A DNA stretch of 64,000 bases from Setoptus koraiensis (Eukaryota > Animalia > Arthropoda). Shown here piece after piece: positions 43,468 to 59,960 of the stretch. The DNA lies in contig CM106585.1 in assembly GCA_048013815.1 (NCBI GenBank), positions 4,216,001-4,280,000 of the forward strand, in the 5' to 3' direction. The stretch's first letter is position 1. The number at the start of each line of letters is the position of its first letter. Made by a program: the position numbers and the translations under genes. The notes beneath the pieces were generated by a model. It made no database searches. It was not told the DNA's origin and saw only the letters and a program-made list of their open reading frames with translations.

Positions 43468-46236
43468 CTACAAATAGAAAAGCTTGCTGGCTAAACGATC
43501 GTTTGGATCTTGTCTAATGTTTTGACCAACTAAATAGGCCAGTTTGTGAGCATATTGGCAAGGGGCCGGAACACGGACAGTTCCGCACCAATTGTAGTAC
43601 ATGTGTGTCATTTTGTAGGCAAGCTTCTGGTGATGCTCCACTTTCATTGCGGCAGTATCAGACAAAACTATATATTTAGTTGGAGATACCGTACCTTGCT
43701 CAACGTGTTGCGATATTAGATAAAAGTCATTATAATAGGGATGAGTGATAGTATGGTCCAAATAAGATCCCGGCAATGGATTTGACATTTGACCAGCTCT
43801 TTTCAAAATGAGCTTAGTGCTAATTCTCTTCTGAACTACCAGGTAGCTCAACTCAGGCGTATACGAGTTGATTTCGTTACTGTAAAATTTGATTCCGTCC
43901 ATGACTTGAGGAACTTCAACTTGAAGAACCGTGTCGAGTTGACTATCGCTTACACCGTCTCTATAAACAAATATTTTGGTTGGAACTTGGCCTCCATTGA
44001 CTTGTTGGAATTTCTTGATAGCGTCAACAAATGCATGTTTCAATCTAGCGCAAATTTCTTCGAAAGTATTCTGGAAGAACGTTCGCGAATACCATTGCGA
44101 TACGGTGTTATTTGTTGAGGCCACAAAGCCAATGCATGATTTTTTCTTGTCTAAAGTGTCGTGGTATACATCGATACCGACCACCATGAAAGTTTTCAGT
44201 GGAATCTTGATGCCCCATGGTTGGCCACCGACCTTACTCAATATTTGAATGGCCACCTTCACACAGACTGATCTTGCCTTGGCAGGATTGGACAGAGTGC
44301 CTGCCCGAATAAATTGTGATGGAACTGGCATGTCGCAAGACAACAGTCTCTTGCAAGCGTTGTAGCGATCTTCGCGTTGTCCTTTTCCTGGAGTAATTAA
44401 AACAACTAGTTGATCAGTCGATTTGACGGCGCCCCTCAAATTATTGACATATACCTGTGATTGATCGCTGTTCAACCTGATAATTCTTGGATTCTCAAAT
44501 TTGAAGCCCATTTTGATAGCGGTCTGTTGAAGGCACTGAGTAAGATTTTCGGCGGTTGTGACATCGCGGTCGGTGTAGACCAAAATCCAATCCTTTATGT
44601 GAACGCCAGCGAGGGCTTGTAAGTTTGAAGCGGGCCTTGTCCAATCTGCGTTGTCTGGCACGTCAACTGTTCTGCCTTGACCAAAGAGCAGTGTTTCATT
44701 TGGCAAACGTCTACCTATGACCTCGTCGGGCACTGGTGCAATAGACAGATTCCAATCGGCGAAAATATTTCTGGCCCTGGGATCATCGTAGATATTCTTG
44801 ATGAATTCGCATAGTTTTTGGTAGCGCATATCTGGTTTGACGCGAGTGTGATTGGCAATCTCTCTCATGATGGAGAAATCGGAGCGTATCTCGTCCGACA
44901 GTCCGGTGATTACGCATAGCTCCGGTATTAAGCTGAGCATTTTAACTTCTGTTTGTCCTTTCACTAATTTGGGCCTGTTGATTAGGAGCGGCTGTTGGCG
45001 GTCCTTGATGTCAATATTCCAGTGTTCCTTGAAATAGTCAATGTAAGATATCTCTCGTTGGCCGTTGTCCAAGACAAAAGTGCTAGAAGGATTGTGTACA
45101 AAATCTAAATCGTCCACCCGGTATGCCTTATTGTTGTATTTGGTCATAACAATGGCCCCAACGAGCTGCCGCTCGGCGTCCACCTTGAACTCTCTGGACC
45201 TGTTGCGTATCTCTATGAGGACCTCGAGGGCCGTTTGTGTTCGCAATATTCTGAATGATGCATCGCACGACAGCTTGACTCCACCGTCTAGCGTCTGAAT
45301 GGACGTGACCCAACCTGGCCAGATTTCAAGTTTGTGCTGAGGCACAAGCAGTTTGTCCTTTTGTGAATAATAGTGTCTGTTGATGAGCACCATCTTGAGG
45401 CTGTTCATAACCTTTCGCATGAGAACATTGTAAAACGGTATGAGCTCCTCCTGCGGGGGCGTCTTGACAAAGATGAGCTTCACGAGGACCTGTTCGCTTG
45501 GCAGCGTTGGATGTTGCGTGCTGAAGGTGGTGGTTCGCTGGGGCAACCTGAGTGGCAGAAACAGATTTGTGCCGGACCATTGCAGGGTGGTGCCTATGAT
45601 GCGTTGGGCCTCTTGCGAGCGCAGTACCTTGTATCTGAGCTGTATACTCTCGATATTTGGCTCGAATGTGACGTGATACTCCTGAACGTTTTGTCCGTTC
45701 TCAATGTCGAACTTGAGATAATTGAGTGCGAGTTGTATTTGTTGGCCCGCGGTGGACGGTTCCTTGACCAGTGGCGCCCTCGCTTGGTCGCCGTCGTCAA
45801 GAGCCCCGAAGGCGGCCGAGGCCACCGAGGCACTGGACAGGTCCGAGTTGGAGCGTGACACGCGTCCGTGGGCCGCTCCCTGGGCCTCGTTGCTTGGCGA
45901 GTCGCTTCTTGATGACGATTGCGGCGTCACGGTGGCCGGGTCCGCTGGCTGTTGCTGGGCGGGCGGCGCCGCCGCTGGTCTCCGGAATAGGGCCGCTCCT
46001 CGGCCGCGGACCGCTCTCGCCGGAGGAACCGCGGTCGGCGTGCGTCTTTCGGCCGGCGGCGACACCCTCGGCAGGCTGTCGTACTGGGCCGGCTCCGGCT
46101 GTTGCTGCTGCTGTTGTTGTTGTTGCTGCTGCTGCTGTTGCTGCTGCTGTCCGTCGTCTTGGCTGGGCGCTGGTCGCGACGACTGCGACAGGGCGGCCAG
46201 AATGCGGCCTCCGCGCCCCCTGGGTCGGGCACTCAT
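43468..46236 (-). CDS. piwi: Piwi/Aubergine-clade Argonaute, intronless, catalytic tetrad intact
   Basis: N-terminal RG motifs (RPRGRGGR, RGRG); N/L1 (LEIWPGW.TSI), PAZ (VMTKYNNKAYRVDD...QPLL), MID (REDRYNACKR..SCDMPVPSQ), PIWI (GIDVYHD, FEE, YRDGVS, CQYAHKLA); Piwi-type C-terminus LFYL. ATG at 46236. Confidence 0.95.
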   Translation of the reverse strand: MSARPRGRGGRILAALSQSSRPAPSQDDGQQQQQQQQQQQQQQQQQPEPAQYDSLPRVSPPAERRTPTAVPPARAVRGRGAALFRRPAAAPPAQQQPADPATVTPQSSSRSDSPSNEAQGAAHGRVSRSNSDLSSASVASAAFGALDDGDQARAPLVKEPSTAGQQIQLALNYLKFDIENGQNVQEYHVTFEPNIESIQLRYKVLRSQEAQRIIGTTLQWSGTNLFLPLRLPQRTTTFSTQHPTLPSEQVLVKLIFVKTPPQEELIPFYNVLMRKVMNSLKMVLINRHYYSQKDKLLVPQHKLEIWPGWVTSIQTLDGGVKLSCDASFRILRTQTALEVLIEIRNRSREFKVDAERQLVGAIVMTKYNNKAYRVDDLDFVHNPSSTFVLDNGQREISYIDYFKEHWNIDIKDRQQPLLINRPKLVKGQTEVKMLSLIPELCVITGLSDEIRSDFSIMREIANHTRVKPDMRYQKLCEFIKNIYDDPRARNIFADWNLSIAPVPDEVIGRRLPNETLLFGQGRTVDVPDNADWTRPASNLQALAGVHIKDWILVYTDRDVTTAENLTQCLQQTAIKMGFKFENPRIIRLNSDQSQVYVNNLRGAVKSTDQLVVLITPGKGQREDRYNACKRLLSCDMPVPSQFIRAGTLSNPAKARSVCVKVAIQILSKVGGQPWGIKIPLKTFMVVGIDVYHDTLDKKKSCIGFVASTNNTVSQWYSRTFFQNTFEEICARLKHAFVDAIKKFQQVNGGQVPTKIFVYRDGVSDSQLDTVLQVEVPQVMDGIKFYSNEINSYTPELSYLVVQKRISTKLILKRAGQMSNPLPGSYLDHTITHPYYNDFYLISQHVEQGTVSPTKYIVLSDTAAMKVEHHQKLAYKMTHMYYNWCGTVRVPAPCQYAHKLAYLVGQNIRQDPNDRLASKLFYL

Positions 46237-47236
46237 CACTGGTGGCTATTGGGTGTCGACGGGAATTGGCTGGATATCGGGCTACGTGGTGGCCGCGAAT
46301 GTCGCTGAGTGTCGCTGGAATTGGCTGAATTTTTCGCTGGGCTCGGCGTGAAATGGAGCGCTGACTAACAAGTGTGAGATTGACTGGTTGTGATACTATT
46401 ATTACTCGCTTGGCATATTACGGTATATTTCGGTTAATGGCTGAAGGGTTGATACGGTGGCATAGGGTGTCGGTAGTGGCGCTGGCGAGTCTATTTGGCT
46501 GGCGAGTCTGTTGGGCTGGCGAGTCTATTGAGCTTACAAATGTTAAAAATGTTAACAAATGGCGACTTGGCCCTAACTAACGAGGCTAACTGTGATTGTG
46601 CTGATGCATCATCGTGCACACAAGCAATAGCAATAATATCTGTCCTCGTGGGATGGCAACACGCGTGCGTGAGACAGCAGCCCTTTTGCTAGCACGATTG
46701 TCCCTAACGAACGCTAATCTCAGAGACTATTTCGTCGCTGGCTAGCAAAACTAATGCAATCCTGCGCTGCCCACTGTGCAACAACAACCAACACATATAA
46801 CAACAACAAAGGCAACAACAAATCAAATTAGCCAGCCTCCATTAATACATTTGAAAATATGAACATTTGTACGTTTGTTGGTTGCTGGCTGTGCAAATCG
46901 CGCAAACGCGCTCGCTCTCGCGCTACCGAGTGCTAACCCTATCCCACTCGCTCGCTCGTTACTATCAACAATATCATCATTTTCAAACCATTTTTCCAAC
47001 ATGGCGGTCAACATTTCAGCGCCAACAACAATTGCACTGACCAGGCCACTCAAAAACGCCACGACAACCTTACGTTTGCTGTAGTTGACTTGCGTTCGCC
47101 GTGGCTAACCTTGCGGCAAACAGCGCCTCTCCGGCAGAGAGTCTCCGCGCGTGACTATGCGACGCCTCACCGTGCACTGTTTCGAAAGAGGAACAAGTTA
47201 CAATGAGGCTCATTGAATGAGCATTCGATATGGCAC

Positions 47237-47246
47237 AAAATGGCGC
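47237..47246. promoter_or_regulatory. YY1/Pho-like AAAATGGCG motif in the probable Piwi promoter region
   Basis: Sequence AAAATGGCGC about 1 kb upstream of the Piwi ATG; assignment by consensus only. Confidence 0.25.
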
Positions 47247-47796
47247 GTTCTTTTCTTTTCGATTGGTATAGTTAGGTTATAGTACAACTTAATCAGAACT
47301 TAAACTGAGTTTTTATTTTTAATTTTTTTTTGTTTGTTTTGTTTCCAATTAAACTTGATGTACATGATGGTGATGGGTATATCTAGAAGAATGTGTGCTT
47401 GTGAGAGGCTATATCAAAGTGATGTCACAACAACTCCTAAACTGCGCCAGGAGCGTAGACAGTCACCTTTCTAGTGCTTAATTCTCTCTAAGAGATACAC
47501 AATACAATATACAATTGATAATCATAAAGTGTTATAGTGGTAATTAGGTATATAAAATTCAAACCATTATCAAGCTTTGTCGAGCTTCTTGCTGATAAAG
47601 CTTTGCCCGATTATTAATTACATAATATATATATATATCTTCTAAATTGGAGTTTGCGTCGACATTTATGTACATGATTCACATCGATACCCACTATCGT
47701 AAATTCATTCACTCAGATATACACAGTGATATAGACTTATTCACAATATTCCAATGCGCCAACAAATAGAGGGAGATGGGGAAGGGGTACATTTCT

Positions 47797-52068
<4,272 letters not shown>

Positions 52069-53775
52069 TTACACAAATTATCTCTTCTCCATAATAAAAC
52101 AGAAATTTGTTTGGGTGTGTTTTTGGTGGCGCTCACAGTAATAATAATAATATATAATGCCGTGGTGTTAATAAGTAATAATCCAAGTAGTTGAAATGAT
52201 GGCTTGTGATAGTAATGATAATAGTTATAATAATAATGGTAATTGCATAATGATCCAGGGAACCAAGATGTAGTGATTTAAATAAATTGATTTGATCGCC
52301 TCAATCTGGTTCGAGTTATTGTTGATATTTATAAATATTTATAGTATATATCTGACATATATATGTATATATGCAGCAATGAGGATCTGAATTGGTTAAT
52401 TGATTGATTGGAAACAACCTAATAAATATGGACACCACAAACACCAAAATGATAATAATCAATTTCGGTGCTGATCAAATTCAACTACTGATGTATTTTT
52501 GTTGATGTTTATGTGATAATGTTAATAATAACATTGATTGTTATTAATATTAACATATTTGATATTAATAATTATCTATCGATTCCTTGATAGCCACCGA
52601 ATTAGGATGGTGGCGATCAAAAATGACGACGACAAATACGACGCGGCCATTAGCGCATTAGTATGGCTGCTGCTGCTGCTGTTGCTGCCTATATTTGCGC
52701 TATTATTAATGCCTTTGCTGCCTGCTTAGTATACTGCAGTACTACTGCTCATTCTATGTGCACTCTTTAGTGCAGGCTCTGTATGTGTGTGTGTGCTCTT
52801 TCATTTATCGTTTGTAACACACAACCTGCGTGACGCACACACAGACAAACAAACATTACCATTGGAGTGGAAAATCTAACAAACGAACAAACAGACCAAC
52901 CTACGAATGAATTTTGCGATATATCGCATAGACAAGCGATCACTCATCCAATCAAGAGAGAGAGAGAGAGAGCGAACGAACGAAAAAGCAAGCGAGCGAA
53001 CTATAGAGAATAAATTGAAAATAAAGGGAGGGGGCAGCACTCGGGCTCAAAACCGTTGCCGCTCACGTCAGGCGCTGGGGGTCAAACACGACCGTCTGTC
53101 TGTTTGTCTGTTCGATTGTGTGTGTGTGTTTGCATTTGACACAAAGAGCAATGGTGGTACCATTGGCATAGTTGCTGCGTTTAGTGTTGTAAGGCATTTA
53201 AATGAACACTGTGAGTCGCACTATGACACACATACAGACATACGAACAACTAGATATGAGCTGTTCGCTGCGACGCACAAGCAGACACACACTCAACAAG
53301 AAAATCTCTCCCTGGCTACGCTAGTGATCTGAGCGAACACGACAACCAGCTGCTTCACACTGCATGCCATGTTCTCGTTAGCTAGGTACTACAGTACTAC
53401 AGTATAGTGCGAGTGCATTGTTTTTTATCTATGAACAGTGAGCGATAAGTTTATTATCGAAAGGAAACACTGTGCAACTTTTGCACACAGTCTAACTGAA
53501 ACAAGCTCCATTCTCACAAATACTAAAGTCTACAAAATGACCGGCACACCTGAGCCAAATGGCACACTTTATGCTCGGGCCATAACTGTGCGCTCAAAAA
53601 GTTTTTCCATGAGGGCCCAGCATCAGAATATGACTGCGTTGACGACAAGGATGAAGGATGTAAAAAAATGAAACAGTTGATTAGGGGGCCTTTTTATTAA
53701 CTAACGTTATGAATGTTTGCTATGAACTAGGAAGGTTCTGTCTGTCTCTCTGTACCACTCTCCCTCTCTCTCTCT

Positions 53776-54600
53776 CTACCAACCTTTTCGAGCGGGCATT
53801 TTGGCAGCTTGGGCCTTGAGTTCCTCAACTTTTCGTTGATTCTCTTTAAATTTCTCCAAGGGATCATCGAATTGAGAGTAATGCTTCAGAACCGGCCTGA
53901 CGTCCTCCACACCCATATTGGCTATTTCTCTTATAAAATCACTTAGTTCCACTAACGTTTTATCATCTGAATTGCCTTCCCATTTTTTCAGTAGGAAACA
54001 ATTATGTGGACTTGTCTCGCACGCCTTCTCGTTCCAATCCAAATGAATCACGCGCTTCATGTCACGCCCTAATTGATTTAGTTCCTTGATGTGAGTTCCT
54101 TTGGTATATTTAGTTGAATCCTTAAATAATCTATACGATATATATCCTTGTGGATCTAGGGCATCTATGACGGGAAACGCAGTGACACCCTGCTCTTGTG
54201 TATAAACAACTAGCTCAAATAAAGGTGGCCCGCATTGTTTGAGAAAATAGTCAATATAAGGGCGCTTCTTGAATCTCCAACCCGTTCTGTAGGTCCATTC
54301 TGGATGGACTAAAACACCTGTCAACTCGAGCACCAAGGTATATGGCGTCTGACCAAATGCAGCACCAATAGCTGGTGGCAGTAATACAGGTTGGCTAGGT
54401 TCCTCGAATGTTTCCCTAATATTGTTCCTGAGAGATTTCCATGCTCTTGAAAAATGTGAAACACCCCATGGCAAGGACGAGAATTCATCTGGTTTTCCAT
54501 CTATTTCTTGACCATACTCTACAGCCATTCCAGTAGCGGCTCCTCCAGTGATGACCAGACCCAGGCCGATGCCGAGTCCTAAGAATTTTCTACTCGCCAT
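53776..54600 (-). CDS. TIMM50: Mitochondrial import inner membrane translocase subunit TIM50
   Basis: TM helix then EEP...LLP...PYTLVLELTGVLVHPEWTYRTGWRFKKRP...LFKDSTKY...LGRDMKRVI, an NIF/HAD-like domain. Confidence 0.95.
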   Translation of the reverse strand: MASRKFLGLGIGLGLVITGGAATGMAVEYGQEIDGKPDEFSSLPWGVSHFSRAWKSLRNNIRETFEEPSQPVLLPPAIGAAFGQTPYTLVLELTGVLVHPEWTYRTGWRFKKRPYIDYFLKQCGPPLFELVVYTQEQGVTAFPVIDALDPQGYISYRLFKDSTKYTKGTHIKELNQLGRDMKRVIHLDWNEKACETSPHNCFLLKKWEGNSDDKTLVELSDFIREIANMGVEDVRPVLKHYSQFDDPLEKFKENQRKVEELKAQAAKMPARKGW

Positions 54601-55013
54601 AATTGTTAGATTAAAGGCTTTTAGTTTTGTGAAAAGATGCCTTCCACTGATGTTATGATTGAATAAATCGTTGGGGCCACATGGAGAGAGGAAAAATCAT
54701 GAAACCCACATGGTCTTACTTGAGCGTTATTAGAATTTGCGCGCCCATTTTAAATGGACAAAGCGTGCAAAAATTACGTGGCATAGCGAAATGATTTGGC
54801 TATGATATTTTTCATCGATACATGCCAATGAAGGAGAAAGTGGTAAGTGTTTATCACTTATGTTGATCCGTTTCTGATAATAAAGGCTCTTACAAAAAGG
54901 TTAATCAACAAATTGATTGATAATGGTCTCCAAGTAAATGGGACCCATTTGCGTCTATCATTACCAACAGTGGCTGCCTCGAAACCATCCTGCCTAGCTA
55001 CTGAGTAAAAATC
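54601..55013. promoter_or_regulatory. 413-bp bidirectional promoter between TIM50 and TGS1
   Basis: Head-to-head ATGs; contains the palindrome AAATGGG-A-CCCATTT (54936-54950). Confidence 0.6.
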
Positions 55014-55766
55014 ATGGACAAATCATTGATTTATGCTGGTAAAAATAATAAATATTATCATCAACGTTACAATATATTCTCTAAATATGATGAAGGAATA
55101 CTTATCAATGAGGAGGCCTGGTATTCTGTTACACCCGAACAGATTGCCATACATATAGCATCTCGATACAAGAATATGCTACATGATCAACATGCCACAA
55201 TTTTGGACGGATTCTGTGGTGTCGGTGGCAACCTAATTCAATTCGCCCGCATGTCCCCACATGTGACAGCAATAGGATGTGATATAAATATTGAGATGAT
55301 TAAGATGGCAAAAATTAATGCAAAAATCTATGGTGTCGAGAAACAGTGCCAGTTTATTCAAGGTGACTTTATGAAAATAGTCAAGTCTATAAATCGACAG
55401 CACATAGACGCTGTATTCCTGAGTCCACCTTGGGGCGGTGAAGGTTACCTTAATGAAGAGAAGTATTCTTTATCTATGATGACGCCAAACGGATTTGAAA
55501 TTATGAAATTGTGTAGGCAGCATCTTAATAACAATATTGGATTTTTAATGCCACGCAATATTGATTTTGATGAGTTAAAAGAGAAACTGCTAACACACGA
55601 ACACCCCGTTTTTGAGTTTGAGAGAAATTTTGTAGGAAATAAAACAAAAACAATTACAGCTTACTTCGGAAATTTGGTCAACGAATGCGCGGAAACGGAC
55701 GAAGAGGAAGAAAAGGAAGAGTATGAGGATGAAATATTGAATGGATACGGTGACTTAGTTTACTAG
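55014..55766 (+). CDS. TGS1: Trimethylguanosine synthase (RNA cap methyltransferase), catalytic domain only
   Basis: KYYHQRYNIFSKYDEGI..NEEAWYSVTPEQIA.HIA, ILDGFCGVGGN.IQFA, DAVFLSPPWGG. Confidence 0.95.
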   Translation: MDKSLIYAGKNNKYYHQRYNIFSKYDEGILINEEAWYSVTPEQIAIHIASRYKNMLHDQHATILDGFCGVGGNLIQFARMSPHVTAIGCDINIEMIKMAKINAKIYGVEKQCQFIQGDFMKIVKSINRQHIDAVFLSPPWGGEGYLNEEKYSLSMMTPNGFEIMKLCRQHLNNNIGFLMPRNIDFDELKEKLLTHEHPVFEFERNFVGNKTKTITAYFGNLVNECAETDEEEEKEEYEDEILNGYGDLVY

Positions 55767-56354
55767 CTCAAGCCTTGAACTTCGGAGAGCTATTGGTTCA
55801 ATTTAATATCGGACATTCTTTTATACAGTATAGAACCACAACACACACAGTATTTTTTTTTTATATCCTTACTGCACCAACATGCATGACAATCTGATAT
55901 GCCTTATCATGAGATTGACCGAGAAAATTCACTTACTTCCCAATATCATCGCTCTCTTGAGTTGGTGTTATTGAAATTGACAACAGACAATTGGATGGTG
56001 TCAAACAATATATTATATAGTGTAATTATGATCACCAGCGACATATCGATTCATGATGTTAGTGCAGGAATTCACTGTGGGTCATCATGACTCATAAATC
56101 ATGTTCCTCATAGTGGAATTCTTTTGTTGTTCACTGCCGCTCAAACTGCGTATACATGACACTTACTTTGTAATAATAATAATATTAATAAAAGCTTCAC
56201 ATTTACCACTATCTCGCTCGACAAACTCCTACTCGGGAATTCTTTCTGCCAACTGCACCCATATCTTGGAGTGTCATTTCAAAGCTCTCCCTCGTACAAG
56301 CGTCTACCTCGGTGTCTTCTTTGCACAGCTTCAATTAAAATCAAAAGAATAATC

Positions 56355-58886
56355 ATGAGAATCACACTCTTTATCGTTACTTTCATCGCAGTTGCCTTGA
56401 TTAATCAAGAGCATTCGAGGCATCATATGTCGGGCGTTTCTGGCGATCAGATGAGCCAGGCAAGTGAGTTCTGGAATAATGTTATTCCGAAGCAATATGG
56501 AAATGTTGAATATTCGAAAACTAAAAGCAACTCAGACAAATCTACACTAGATGAAATTATTTCGGAGTTTGAAGAACTTCCCAAAACTAATAGCGAGCAC
56601 AATGTGAACTACAACTATGAAGAACAAGTTGAAAAATCGTCACCAAGCAAGAAATTTGATTCCACTGTCGACGACTTAGTTAGATTGATTGAAAATTTAG
56701 CGCTCATCAAGGCAGATTATAACGTCAACAGCTTCGTTATAAACGAAACTGATGATAGCATCAGTGTTGAACAACATCACAAGGGATTAGTCGAGTATCC
56801 GAGCAATAGTGAAGTGTACTGGCGATTGGAATTAGACGACCAATCCTTTTATCTGTTGTACTGGAATTACAACTATGCAGAAAATTACATAACAATAGAG
56901 CTGAAATTGAGTTTAGACAGCTTTAGAATTGGCTTAGATCTGTTTGCGTTGGGCCTATCGAACAATGAAAAACCAATAAATGCCGATTGGTGTGTCTTAT
57001 GGTTCGACAATGCAACAACTACCATGCGACTACGATCAGGTTACACCAATGCGCTTGGTGAAATGTTGTGGGACACGTCGGACAGGTCGCCAAACGGCAG
57101 TGAATCTTCTGACAATAAATGTAAGCTTATAGCATCGGCAGTCAATGAAAACAGACTGACCATCTTGTACCAGAGGCCTTTAGATACATGTGAGCAGTCG
57201 GGATACAAAATAGACGTAAGTAGAGGTAGCTTGGGAGTCAAGTCTGGCAAACAATCACATCACTTGTACAACTGTCACTCATTAATTTATCACCACTGAT
57301 TAATTGTTATTGTTCTGAAAACTTTTGACGATTTGCACAATTTTAAAACCCAGAACGGAACCAGTCACGTTGTTTGGTTCAAAGTAAGAGGCCCCGTGGG
57401 CGACATAGACAATTTGAGAATAGACAGCTCGGCAGCACAACATAAAACAACAATCGAGCAAGACTTCAGAAGGGTTCAATTGTTGAGCTCAATATCGACT
57501 AGTGTGCCTGCGAGCAAAAAGGAAGCAAAGTCACTCAGTAAGTCGGTAAATCCTCGAGCAAACACTGGTTCATATTACAGAAGATATTTAAACATCACTA
57601 ACGACAAGTTAGCGGTGCCCTCGAGCGAAACAACTTATTGGTGCAAGATGTTCAAGTTACCTAAAGACATTTCGCATAGTAAACACCACATAACACGCTA
57701 TGAGGCCATCATAGAGAAAGGTAACGAGCATCTAGTTCATCATATGGAACTGTTTCATTGCGAATTTAATGAGCATGACACGATGGATTGGCAGTTAGCA
57801 AATTGGTCTGGCTTATGTTCTGGCGATAAGAGGCCCAAACAGACAGACTCATGCAAACGAGTAATTCTGGCCTGGGCCATGGGCGCTACCCCGTTGCATT
57901 ATCCGAGAGAGGTGGGCCAACCGCTGGGCGGCAAACATTATAATCCCTATCTAATGTTGGAGGTGCATTACAACAATGTTAACAAACGTTCTGATATCAT
58001 TGATAGTTCGGGATTGCGTCTATATTACACTAACCAGTTGAGGCAATTCGATGCCGGCGTAATTGAAGTTGGACTAGAATACACCGACAAAAACTCTATT
58101 CCGCCAAATGTGATAGCTCCACTAATGGGCTATTGCGTATCAGAATGTACGCGAGTTGGTTTGTCCGCCACTAACGACGGTGATGTTGATGGTGGTGGTG
58201 GTGGTGGTGGTATTAATATATTTGCTGCACAACTGCACACTCATCTGGCCGGCATCGGCTCTTGGACACAAATAATGAGAGGCAATAAGATCATTGGCGA
58301 ACTCAACAGAGATAATCACTATTCGCCCCATTTTCAGGAGATTCGCCTGCTGCCAGAGCCAGTGAAATTGTTGCCTGGCGACGCATTGATTCATTATTGT
58401 TTATATAATACCAAAAACAGAGTTAACATTACGTTGGGCGGTTACGCAATTACAGATGAGATGTGTGTCACCTATTTGCACTATTATCCCAAAGTTCAAT
58501 TGGAGGTGTGCAAGAGCTCTATTGACACAAACGCACTCACAGACTATTTTAGACTGCTGGCCAAACACGAATACCAGAATGTTGACAGTTGGCAAAATAA
58601 TAGTGTGACACAAAATTATCTGTCGATTGAGTGGACCCCGTTGAGAGCTGCAAAATTGTTGTCCCTGTACAGAGACAGTCCGTTGTCAGTGCAATGCAAC
58701 AAATCAGACGGACACAGATTTCCCGGCGATTGGAATGGAATTTGGCCCCCACGCTTACAGGCTGCCGATCAATTGAATTCCGTCGATCTGGCCCAAGATC
58801 AATCGCAATTCATCGAGTCTAGCATCGCGCAAACGACGGGGCCCGTTGTGGCGCACCCGAAATGCAACAAGAGCGCAAACGATTAG
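56355..58886 (+). CDS. Tbh: Tyramine/dopamine beta-hydroxylase (copper type II monooxygenase), 2 exons
   Basis: Signal peptide MRITLFIVTFIAVALIN; DOMON domain; phase-0 intron 57216-57353 (GTAAGT..CAG, 138 bp) joins KID|NGTSHVVW; copper ligands VHHM, LHTHL and DEMC; TTYWC, AWAMG and EVHYNN motifs. Confidence 0.92.
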
Positions 58887-59860
58887 TTTGCCCTATGTAA
58901 TCTGTATGTGTCAGGCATTATCTCAATAAATCGCCCATACGAACAGATAAGATTTCGGCGTTTCCCTGGCAAGCTTACCATTACTTTGTGGCTCGTTGGT
59001 TGGCATTGTGGGCATGTGTGATCGGACTGGCAAATACATGATTTGCTGCAAACATTTCACCGTGATCATCTTGAGATATGATGCTCAGTGTTCGGTCAGC
59101 AGGATTGGCGGAGATTCAGGGCTTTCGAGTGCCACTGATTCAGAGCTCGAGGGGCGCATATTTAACGGGCGGCTCGCCCCAAGACGAGCCAGTGCGCAAT
59201 TGATAAGCGGTTCATGCGATTGTCGCTGGCTGTTGTTTGCGGAGATCGACAGTGGATAAAACGAGGTTAGACGGCGACCACTTGCATTGTGTACTCTAGT
59301 TATTACTGTTTGCAAACAATGCCCATTCGCGCTGCGCTCAACAAACCATTGTTTGAATTAATTTATTTACGGCAAATTGCGACAAACCGAAAGCCCGTGA
59401 GTTGCACCTAAAAACTCAGTACGATTAATTGGCGTGTGTTGGTGGTATTAAATGGTCGGAGCGACTATCGGCAAAATGTCGCTGGCGCGATTGCACAGTC
59501 TTGCGGATACGATTTGCGCAATCTCGCCGCCGGGGCCCCCGGTCTTGGAGCGCTGCCATCGTGTCAATCGGAATGCGTCGTGTCAATATTGAGCAGAGTC
59601 ACTTTCTTTCATTCGTCGTTCGCTCAGTTCGCCAGTCGATGCTACCTGAGCAACATCAACGCGTCAACATATAGTTGTCGAATGTGCACTTGGGATAATG
59701 AGCAAATAACCCGATAAATTGACTACAATGCGACCAACGGAAGCGACACACACACACACACACACACTTACACAAGCAACTAGCAAGTGAATAAAATTTG
59801 AGAAGAGTAAACAACTCCAACTGACAACTGACCGGAACAACATTGAATGGATAGCTATTT

Positions 59861-59960
59861 ATGGACAAGATGACGCATCATGCAAAGTGTCTTACAGCAA
59901 TAGTGGGCCTCGCGTTGGCCTCCATAATCAACATTATCTGGTTGCCGCGCCAGTTCGCCG
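59861..59960 (+). CDS. Possible first exon of a secreted or membrane protein
   Basis: ATG...KCLTAIVGLALASIINIIWLPRQFA followed by CCG|GTGAGT (donor at 59961). No downstream exon was confidently identified. Confidence 0.25.

Noticed and set aside
56271-58886. Tbh split into two ORFs as a frameshift or two genes
   Set aside because: A 138-bp GTAAGT..CAG intron (57216-57353) joins them in frame.
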